A stretch of DNA of 64,000 nt from Microgenomates group bacterium Gr01-1014_5 (GTDB lineage Bacteria; Patescibacteriota; Microgenomatia; UBA8517; UBA10165), in contig VMGE01000007.1 in NCBI GenBank assembly GCA_007376395.1, positions 8,037 to 72,036 of the forward strand, written 5' to 3'. Of this stretch, positions 46,901 to 58,900 are shown one piece after another (the first letter of the stretch is position 1; every line of letters begins with the position of its first letter). A model generated the notes under the pieces. It was not told the origin of the DNA. It worked only from the letters and a program-made list of their open reading frames with translations, and ran no database searches. The translations under genes were made by a program, and so were the position numbers.

Positions 46901-49900
46901 AGACGCGGGAGCCACCATGGTGTTTGGAAACGCAACTACCAACCCAACCTTTGGCTTTCTTGGCACCGGTCTCATCACCATAGCCGGAGCAGGAGCTGAA
47001 ACCAACTCTCTCACCCTTACAACAGGAAACATTACCTTAACTGATGGAGACCTTACTCTCTCAGGTGGTGAAATCTCCGCCACGGCGGATGATACGACAG
47101 GAACTTCCTTTTCGTTTACAGGAGTCAACACCACAGGCGACACCCTTGGGGTGACCGCTAATTCTCTAAGTTCTGGAAATGCTTTAAACATTGGGGTTAA
47201 CTCAACAGGAGCAGCTTCCAATACCCAAAAAGGATTAAACATTGCGCTGTCAGGAACTAACAGCACAACAACTCAAACAACGTACGGCGCACATATCTCC
47301 AACACCCATGCTGGTACTCTATCAACCAATGTAGGCCTGTATGCCACTGCCACAGGCGGAACCACTGCAAACTATGCTGCTATATTTGAAGCTGGTAATG
47401 TTGGGATTGGCGACACCACTCCAGATGCCTTTCTGGAAGTCTTAGGAATCACGGAACAGTTAAGACTGACTTACACTGACGGGACTGTTGACTCCAGATT
47501 TACTGTTGATTCTTCAGGTAATTTAACAATTAATCAAACAGGTACGGCTGGATATGTCCGTATCGGAGACTCTGGTACTCCTGGAGTTGCAACAGGAGAT
47601 GATGATTTGTATGTTGAGGGAGATTTAGAAGCAGATGGGACATTGACTGTAGCAGGAGCAGCAACATTTGCATCTTCTGGTTCGTTTGACTCCCTCACTG
47701 TTGGTGGAGGGTATGGGGCAACTGGGGTAACAATTAGCAATGCTGGAGCAATCTCTGCTAATGGGGCTTTAATTGTTGACTCTACTTCCCTGCTTACCGG
47801 AGCAGTCACCATCACCGGTGTTGCGGAAGGAACCGCTTCTCTCACTCAAACTCTGGGAGACCATGTTATTACTGATGGAGACCTTACTCTCTCAGGTGGT
47901 GAAATCTCCGCCACGGCGGATGACGCAACAGGGACAAGCTTCTCCTTTACAGGAGTAAGTACAACTGGCGATACTCTTGGTATAACGGCTAATTCTTTAA
48001 CGTCAGGAACAGCGTTAACTATTGCTTCTACGGGAACTGCTTTCAACGGCGAACTCTTAACCTTGAGCAAGACAGGCGCTTCAGGTTCAACCGCTTTCAC
48101 TTCAGATATAGCCAATGTTACCTATTCTCAAACCTTTAATGGCGGGGTTGGCCTTGCCTCAACAGGAAATGTCCTGGATGTTTCTCGCGCGATCATCCTG
48201 GACAACGCAGGTAACACCCACACCATCTCGGGAGCTTTAGTTGCTCTGTCTTCAAATGGAACCCAAACCGCGGGAACGTTAACTGATACGGCAAATGTCC
48301 TCTCACTAACTCAGTCTTACGCTTCCGCAACAGGAGCAGTACTTTCCTTTGCTAATTCCGGAGCTGGAGTTGATATCTTGGGAACTTCTTCTACCTGGCA
48401 GGTAACCAAAGCAGGAGCTGGAACCTTTGCTTCCCTCTCAACCGGTGCTGGAGCAATCTCTGGAGGAGCAGGAAGCTTTACCACCTTAACTTCATCTGGA
48501 GCATCAACTATTGGGACTGGATCTTCTTTGACCAACACCTTTGGATCTGGGGCTTCTTCAATAAACACCATTGGAGCAGTTACTACCCCGGGAGCGCTCA
48601 CTTTGCACGGGGCAACTACCTTGGACAATACCTTTACTGTTTCAGGCAGTAACTTAACCTCACTGGGCGGAAACCTAACCGTAACAGGAACTGCCTGGAC
48701 AGCTACCCCTACTATCTCAGGACTGATTACTGCTACTTCAGGATTGACTGCAAATGGAACACTCACTGCCAATACTGATGTAGACTTTGTTTTCGCTTCT
48801 ACTGAGAACTTTACCATTGCCAATACTACAGCAGGAGCAGGAGATGTGTTGGGATTATCATTTACTTCTGCCAACTCAACAGATGGAATTGACATAGCTT
48901 TTACCGACACAGCCGACGCGGCAGCAGACACGATTTCCGGATTAAATATCTCTTTAACTTCGGCAGCTGACGCCAACGATACACTTTCTGCAATAAACAT
49001 TGCCGCATTGACCGGAAACACTGCTTTGGAATATGCGATAAACATCGGTTCTGGTTGGGATACGGATATTAACGCTACTACAAGTCTTGAAATAGGTATT
49101 GGCGGGACAAATGAATTAACTCTCACTACTACAGCTTTCTCTCCTTCAACCAGTGATGGCAGTGCTTTAGGAACCGGCTCTCTCATGTGGTCTGATTTGT
49201 TCTTGGCTAACCTCTCTGTCATCAACTTTAACAATGGAGATGTAACTATTACCCATGCGACAGACGCTCTGACTATAGCTGGCGGAGCAGTAACCATCAC
49301 AGGTGTTGCCGAAGGAACAGCTTCTCTTACCCAAACTCTTGGGGATCATGTGATTACCGATGGAGATTTGACTCTTTCTGGCGGTGAAATCTCCGCCACG
49401 GCGGACGACGCGACTGGCACCAACTTCTCTTTCACCACAGGCGGACTCACCACCGGAACAGGACTTGGAGTTAGTACGACCGCGTCTGCTTCTACTGCCT
49501 TTACTGGCGACACTCTATCTGTATCTCTATCTCAGAACTGGACAGCTGCCTCCTCCCCTACCAATACTGGAAATATTCTTGACCTTTCCCGCGCACTTAC
49601 TGTTGGTGTAGCAGGCCAAACTGTCACCCAGTCCGGAGCTTTAGCCAAGCTCTCCTCTTCCGGAACTGAAACAACAGGAGACATTGCCGATTCTTCCAAT
49701 ATCTTGCTTTTAGAACAAAATTGCGGAACCGGTGTTACTTGCTCGGGAGCAGTTTTAAAAATTACCAATTCCGGCACAGGAGCCGATATTGCTCTTAAAA
49801 ACGATGAAACAATTTCAAATTCAACTAACGGCACAATTGCCTTTGGCGCAGATAAATTAACTCTTGCAACTGCCGCAGTTGGTGGAAACCTAGTAACTGC

Positions 49901-52900
49901 AAATTATGCGGGTGCGGCAACCCAAACTTCAGCCCTTTTTGGCTTAAATTTTGACATCTCAACTAACGTTACGGTCCCTAACACTGCTTCAGGCAACCAA
50001 ACCGGGCTTTCCTTAACTGTAAAAGACGGCGGATCCTCGGCAACTGCAATAGGCGTAAATCTTGCAGGAACTTTTGACCGGGGATTAGACTTTTCAAGTT
50101 CTACTATTTCTTCCGGAGGCTCAATAATCTTTAACGACACCTCCTCAACTATTGATTTAGCTGCGGTTGCCGATAATGTTTTGGAAATTACCAATTCTTT
50201 GGGCACAACGGCCAATGACAATCTGATCACTCTGGAGATTGACGCAAACACCGATGCTTCAGACAAGATCTTATTGCGTGTTGTCTCTGAGGTTGGAGGC
50301 GTAGAACAAACTAAATTCTCGGTCGACTCAGACGGAGACGTGATAGCTGGTGGTACATTCTCTGCTGTAGAAATTAACTGTACAGACTGTTTGGATTTTA
50401 CAGACCTTGAAGACACGCTCGACCTTGACGCGGCACTGGTCCTTAACCAAACCACTAACACTTGGTCCCAAACCTTTACCGGGGACACAACTGTTGGTCT
50501 TACTTACACCGCAAACTCCCTGACAACCGGCACTGCAGTTCGCCTGACTTCCTCCGGGACTATCACTACAGGAGGAGAAATTCTGGATTTGGTTGGAAAT
50601 GGGATAACGACCGGAAATTTAGTAACCGGCAGTACAACTGCCCTTACTTCCGGCTCAGCTTTATCCCTAACTGGACCATCAGCAGCAACTGTCGGCATAA
50701 CCGGCTCTTTTGTCAATCTCACATCTGATGTGGGAGCCTCGGGCAAGGTTTTAAGTTCAACTGCAACTATTGACTCTACGGGTGTCGGGGCAGAAGCCTA
50801 CAACCTTTATGCGGCAACTACCAACTCAAATTCCACAAATACAAATACCGTCAACGGCATTTACTCTACTCTAACTGACGCGGTTGCTCTAGGAAATACT
50901 AATTACGGTATCCGCTCTGTGTTAAGTAATACCGGAGCAAATACAGCAGGAACTAAAAAAGCATATGGTCTCTATTCAAACGTAACTAACACCTCAGCAG
51001 GTATTGGAGGGTCTGCAGAGACCTATGGCGGATATTTTAGTGTTACCCCTGATACCGCAGGTTCAGCAACAGCTTATGGTTTGTACGTAACTACTACCGC
51101 GGCGGCAGATACGTCTTATGGTATTGATATAGAAGGAGCCGGTAATTTTACTTATGATATAGATCTCCAGTATGACGAGACTATTTCCAACGCCACAGAC
51201 GGCACAATTGCCTTTGGTGTTGGCGGATCGGCAGAAGTTAATTTAACAGCAACTGATCTTTCTCCCGCCGTCAGTGACGGTAATGCTCTTGGTACCACAG
51301 CCCTGATGTGGTCTGACCTCTTCTTGGCAAACCTCTCTGTCGTCAACTTTAACAATGGCGATGTGACACTAACCCATTCAACTGACCTTCTGACAATTGC
51401 AGGGGGTGGGGTAACTTTTGATGGCGCAGTCACTGCCAATACAGATGTTGATTTTGTGTTTGCCGGAAATGAGAATGCGACTATTACGAATACTACTAAT
51501 ACTCTGGGAGCTTCCGGAATGCTAGACCTTGCTTCAACTGGTTCTACCACAGATACCAGAACCCTTGATCTTTCGACAACCTTTAGCTCAACAGGAGCTA
51601 CTACGTCGTATGGGCTATACAATGCCTGGACATCAAGCGCAGTAGTAACAGGAGCGTCTGTTTCCCAAACCGCGTATGGGAGTTACAACACTGCTGCCAA
51701 AACAGGAGCAGACGATGCGACGGGAACATATACTCTCTACGGCACTTACAATACTGCTTCAAATACAGGCAGAACAGCAGTGGGAACAGTGAATACGTAT
51801 GGGGGGTACTTCTCGGCAACAGGAGATACCGCAGGAACCTCAAGTACCTACGGTCTCTACTCCATTGCCTTATCAGGAGACACGGGTTATGGATTATATA
51901 TTGGTGATGGGACTGCCACAACAGACTATGGTATCTACCAATCAGCCACAACAGATGACAACTACTTTGCAGGCAATGTCGGCATCGGCGATACCACTCC
52001 CGACGCGTTATTGGAAATAAACCAAGGCGATATGTTTTTCTATGGAAATACTCACGGAGCGGCTGCAGGAACAGACTATAACGCATTTAATAATGGTATT
52101 GCATTTATTGATGGTAATAGTGGAACGGGAGCAGGAAATTACTCCTCGCTCATAACAGGCGTCGCAAATGGAACATGGGGTGCAGATCTGCAATTTATTA
52201 CAAGAGCGGCGGCCGGCGGAGCTGCAACTGAAAAGATGAGAATAAGAGCAGATGGCAATGTTGGCATCGGTGACACAACGCCTGCGGCTCTTTTTACCGT
52301 CGGCAATACCGATCTCTTCCAAGTATCCTCAACCGGAGGCGCGGTAACTATCGCTGGCGTTGCAGAGGGCACTGCCTCTCTTACCCAAACTCTGGGAGAT
52401 CATGTAATTACCGATGGAGATTTGACTCTTTCAGGTGGAGAAATTGCCGCTACTTCAGATGATGCCACCGGAACCAATTTCAGCTTTACCACAGGCGCGC
52501 TTTCCACAGGTCTTGGAATAGGAATTGTTTCAACTTCTCAAGCCATAACTTCCGGAGGACTCTTGTCTGGCACTCTCACCTCTTCTTCTGCTACTGGTTC
52601 GTTTAGTGGTGACATTGGCCTGCTTTCAACTTCCCGAACTAACGCTACAGCTTTGCAAACACTAACTGACTCTGGGAATATATTAGACTTGGGAAGAACC
52701 ACTATTACCAACCATGCAAGCGCCACTACTAATGTCACAGGTTCAATCCTTAACATTTCCAATATCGCAACCCAAACTCTGGGAACACTTACCGACTCTG
52801 CTAACTTGGTTGTTGTTACCCAGGACGCAGATGCAACAGGAGCTCTACTCCACCTTGTTTCAAATAGAAGCTCTACCAACTACTCGCTGTTAATCGAGCA

Positions 52901-55900
52901 AACAAGCGGCGGGACAGATACGCTTTCTTTAACTGACGCAGGCAATTTGGCAATTCTTGGAGATTTAACCATTACAGGAGGCAATATCACTTCAGCCCTA
53001 ACTCTTGATTCAACTTTAACAGTTACAGGAACAACAACACTCAACGGCATAGCTAATATAGGCGACGGGGGCGACGCGATAACGCTTTCCGGAACGACAA
53101 TTACTTTAACTGCTAATGGGGTTGGAAATGATATAACCTTTAACTTGGTTGACAATAATGCCGATGCGCTGGATATTCAGGAAAGTACAAACAATTACAT
53201 TAATATTGGAACCTTAGACGCAGGCGCGGCTATGGTATTTGGAAACGCAGGCACCAATCCTACTTATTCTTTCTCGGGCAGTGGCGCGGTAACAATTACA
53301 GGTTCTGCGGAAGGCACTGCCTCTCTTACCCAAACAACTGGCGATCACGTAATCACTGACGGAGATTTAACTTTATCCAGTGGTGAAATTACAGCTACCA
53401 GCGACGATACAACAGGAACCTCTTTCTCGTTTTCCGGCACTAACCAATCAGGAGATCTCATGGGGATCACCGCAAATTCCCTCACAACAGGGACAGCCTT
53501 GTCCCTGTCCTCTACCTCTACCGCAGGAGGAGCTTCCGGTGTATCAAAAATGATCGATATAAATCGAACCGGTACAAATGCTCAACTTGCCCATACCGCT
53601 TACGGCATTTACTCTGCGGTATCCACCGGCAACGTCACCAGTGGAACTAACATCGCGGGTTATTTCTCGGCAAGTAACGCAACCACAGCCAACTATGGAT
53701 TGATTGTTGAAAATGGCAGTGTGGGTATTGGGATAACCGCACCAGCAACCACCTTAGACATAGACTCAAACAGCAATACTCAAAACTTAAGGCTAAGGGG
53801 TACTGCGGGAACAACCGAAATTGCAGATATGTTTATCAGAGCATCTGGAGCCTTGGTCTTGGGAACAGAAAACACAGGAGCGGCGCTAGCATACGTTGAA
53901 ATAGATCCTGAAGACAATGAGTACGGACTTATTTTAAGAGATTCTAATACAGGGGCAGGTACTAGCGCAACTTACGCCAACCTTTATACCACCGACGCAA
54001 CTGTTGATTACTTAAATATTGTGGTTGGCGCAACAACTGCTACAGCAGGGCTGGTAATTGATGATGATAATCAAGTCGGTATAAATACCGTAACTCCTGA
54101 ATTTCCACTTGATGTCTACACTGCTACCGATGTCTATGCAGTTGCATTCGGAGACAACACAAGTAGTAATTCCAACCTTCGAATCGCTGGTACGGCTGGT
54201 GGAGCTACTGGATATGGGTTAATTCAAATGTTCCAAGGCAACACAACGGGGGGAAACTTGGTACTCCAAAGTGCTGCTGGAAGTGTCGGTATCGGCACAA
54301 CTGCTCCGGATGCGGCACTGGAAATAAACCATGCAACTGGGGATTCTTTAAGATTGACATACAATGATTCAAACGGAACGGCTGCCAATTACACTGACTT
54401 CTCTCTCTCCTCCACCGGAGCATTGACTTTGACAGGTAGCGCGGCGACTCTTGGAGCCAGCGCAACAGCAGAAAAAACTTTCTTCACCTTAACTCCTGGG
54501 ACTATTACACTCACTGCTCCAACTGCCGTAACCTCCCTCATGGAAACGGCAGTTATTACCGGATCAACTATTGCCGCTTCTGCGGCAACCACCGTTAATA
54601 ACGCGGCAGGTCTTTCCATCTCTGCTCCCATAGATAGTACCAATGCTACCCTCACCACTTCCTCTGCTCTAAGAATTTTAGATATCACTTCAGGAGCAGG
54701 AACATTAACAACTCAATATGGAATTTATATAGATGCCCCAACCGGCGGAGCCACCTCAAATATTGGCCTCTACAACGCAGGGACGACCACACTGGTGGGA
54801 GCGGTTACCAATGCTGGTGGAATCTCCGGAGGAGCAGGTAGCTTTACAACTCTTGCTGCTTCTTCAACTTTAGCCGTAACCGGAGATACCACTCTAACAG
54901 GAGATTTAGCAGTCAATGGCGGAGATTTAACAACAACGGCCACAACATTTAATTTATTAAACGCAATGACCGGCACGCTCAATTTCGGGGGTGGAGTTGA
55001 CACTGTAAATATTGGCGCGGCGGGCGGAGCGGCGACAACTATAAACGTTGTAGGTGCGGTGGCGTTTAGTGGGTCAACAGGTGTTGGTCTTTCTATCGCA
55101 ACTGGTGGCCTCACCGTCACTGCTGGCGGGGCAACAATTACGGCTGGAAATTTGGGAATTGGAGTAGCAGTAAACACAGCTATTAGCGCCCGAGCGAATT
55201 CAACAGCCCTTCTCACTGCCGACCAGATTGGTTTTTACTCCGACCCGATTTTCACAACTGCGGCAACAACAAAAGGAGCTGGTTTTCTCTCATCCTTTAG
55301 AACAGCAGGTTCTACAACCATGACTGATGGGTATGGATATCTCGTAGAAAGCCCCGCTATTGGAGCTCTTTCTGCTATCACCAACTTCTATGGCGTTTAT
55401 GTAAAGAATCAAAACAGTGCCCTGATAACCAATGCTTATGGTGTCTACATTGCAGCACAAACAACGGCCGTCACCACCAACATCGGCCTCTACAATGCAG
55501 GGACAACGACTTTGGTGGGGGCGACCTACATCAACGACACATCAAATGCCAACTCCACCACAGGCCTCACCATCAACCAAGGAGCAAGTGATGATCAAAT
55601 TTTTGCACTGAAATCATCTGATGTTCTTCATGGAATGACAGCCGTTGTGGAAACGGATACGTTCGCAGCATTCTATAAGACAAGCGCTGGTGGCGGTGGA
55701 CTAGAAATAGATTCAACAACTGACGCAGATACCGAGGCCAATCGACCGGCATTTCTTGTACAAGCAACGTCGGGTGTGGCCGCAGATACTACCAAAACAA
55801 CCTCTGGACGTGGAGTCTTTGAAATCCGATCTGGTCTAGTTTCCGGAACTGGTCGCGCTGATGTCGGAACGAATGGCAGCCTTATGGCTGTACTCAATAA

Positions 55901-58900
55901 CGCCACAGCTCGATTCATCATCGATGCAGAAGGAGATACCTGGCAAGATGGAGATGTTTCTTTAAATGGCGGAGATGTTACCACTGCCGCCACAACCGCC
56001 ACTCTCTTTAACACCACTGCAACTACCCTTTCTCTGGGAGGCGGGGCAACAACTGCTTTGAACTTGGGTAATGGTACCTCTTCTTACACTGCTATCAATC
56101 TCGGCGCAGGAGCAGCAGCAGTCAATGGAATTAACATTGGCGGAACAGGAGCAAATGTTATTGCTATTGGCAATACCCAAACCGCTGGATCTGTGGCTAT
56201 TGGCGCAGCCATGACAGGAGGAACTATCACTATTGGCGGAACAGGATTACAAACAGGAACGATAGCTTTGGGAACAGGCACAGGAGCGCAAGCAATTAAT
56301 TTAGGAACAGGGGGTACAGGAACAAAAACAGTTATCTTGGGGGGATTAGATGGTAACTCTGTCACCACCATAAATTCCGGCGCGGGAGCGATAAATATAG
56401 GCACAGCTATTGGCAAAACTATAAATATTGGTAATATAGGAGTCACTCTTAACGTAACTTCCGGCACGGGCAGTCAAACCTATGCTTCATCAGTTGCCAC
56501 CACCGCTACTACATCTTCTGCCTTTGTCTTTACCGGTAATTCTCTGACCACTGGAACAGGATCATACTTTAATTCATCCTCTCTGACTACAGGAAAATTA
56601 GTTGATATCAATACAGGTTCTGCCAACACCTTCACCACAGGCACATTATTAAATATAGCTTCCACCTCCACTGCTCTGACTTCTGGCAAGTTCTTGAACA
56701 TCTCCAACGGCTCAGACATCTTTACGGTAACCAACACCGACTTTACCACTTCCCTCCCTGCCAACTTCACCTCAGCAGGAGATGTGGGGATAGCATATGA
56801 CATCAATTTCACTAATCCGACGGCTTCATACATCAAATCGCTTGCACCATTATATATACAGGCAGGAGAGAGTTTTGCTTCCCAGGACTTGACTTTGAAA
56901 ACATATAACCAGGGGTCAGTCGTAATTGATAGTTCGGTAACAACAGGAACTGGGGTAAATATGACAAACATCGGCTTAACTACTGGCACTGGTATGCTTC
57001 TTGCACATACCACTTCAGTAATTGCTGCCGGTGGATCACTTGCAAGAATATCATCAACTGGAATTGATACTTCTACCACAACTGGAGTTCTTCTTGATCT
57101 CTCCTCTACTGCCTCTACTGCAGGCACACAATTCCTGCAAACATACTCTGGACTAACTACAGGAATTGGTCAATCAATAGTGGCGAATGCACTGACTACA
57201 GGTGAGGCTTTCATCATTCCTCATACCACCTCGGTTATCGCTGATGGCGGATCATTGGCTAGAATTACCTCTTCCTCGGTGGATACAGGGGGTGCAACAA
57301 ATGGAGTACTGCTTGACTTAGCTTCTACCGGGTCAACGGCGGGTACTCAATTCCTGCAGACCTATTCAGCTTTAACTACGGGAATTGGACAGTCTATAGT
57401 AACTAACGCTCTGGCTGGCGGATCAGCGCTTAGTCTTGCCTCCTCCTCTACAGCCTTTACCGGAGATATGATAGCTGTAACGCTCTCGGGATCAAACGCT
57501 GCAAATACAGGAAATCTTCTCGACCTCACCAACTCCGGCACGTCAAACACCAACACAACTGCATATATCAAACACTATGCGACCGGCACAAACAACCTCG
57601 CGTTTAGAATTGATGATGTATCAGGAGACACCACCCCATTTGCCGTTGACGGAACAGGAAGTGTGGGTATTGGAACCACTGCTCCCCAAGGTAACCTAGA
57701 AATATATAACAACACAAATGCCGCCACCACTCCGCTATTTTCTATCCGTTCGGATTTTAACATAATCGGTAACTACGGTATGATCCGTTTTGGAGACTAT
57801 ACCCAAACTACCGCATATCAAAAAGGTGCGATTATCTATGAAAGTGTTTCTGGTGCTGCCAGAGGCAAGTTCCATATTGCCCTAGAAAATACTGATGGCG
57901 CGGGAACCGTGGCTCTCACTGATGCCAGACTTACTGTTTTATCAAGCGGGGCTATAGGTATTAACGACGTAACTCCCGATGCCTTCCTGGAAGTCTTGGG
58001 AACTACTGAACAATTAAGACTGACCTACACCGATGGTACTGTTGATACCAGATTCACGGTGGGATCAGGAGGAGACTTAACCATTGATGCATCAACAGAT
58101 GGATCAGGAAGTGAGACGCTGACCTTGACTGGATTTACTACCCTGACTGCCACTGGCGTTGCAGGTTCCTTTGACTCCCTCACTGTTGGCGGGGGGTATG
58201 GGAGTACGGGAGTAACAATTAGCAATGCGGGGGCGATATCTGCTGATGGTGATGCGATAATCGCCGGAGGTCAGACAACTGTTGGCGCAGGTGGAGCTGG
58301 AGCTATTGGTGTATCTCTTGGAACAACCAGCCTAACTGCCGCGCAATCCTCTGTCCTTAATCTTCAAGGATATGGTCAAGAGAATGAATGGGTTGGTATG
58401 GGTATGTATTACAGCGGGTCTGCTTGGACTGCAGCTGCTATCAGCGCTTTCCAACTCCAACACTCAGGATCTAACTTTCAAATATATGGCGATGCAAGTT
58501 TGACCGTTGGCGGTACTTACACTCCCACACTCAGATTTACAATAGCCGCGGCAACAGGAAATATAACCTCCACAGGAGACCTAGCGCTAAACGGCGGAGA
58601 CTTAACCACCACCGCCACCACTGCCACTTTGTTTGATACTACCGCCACTACCCTTTCTCTGGGAGGAGCTGCGACCACACTATTAAACTTGGGTAATGGT
58701 ACCGGTAACTATACGGCAATCAATTTGGGTTCTAGTACGGGAACCCACACTATCAACATCGCAGGAACAGGAGCAACTGGAATTGATACTATTAATATCG
58801 GTACTGGCGGCACAGCAGCCGATACTATTAACATAGGAAACGGGGCAACCGCCAATACCATCGCTATTGGATCAAGCTCCTCTACCACAGTCTCAATTAC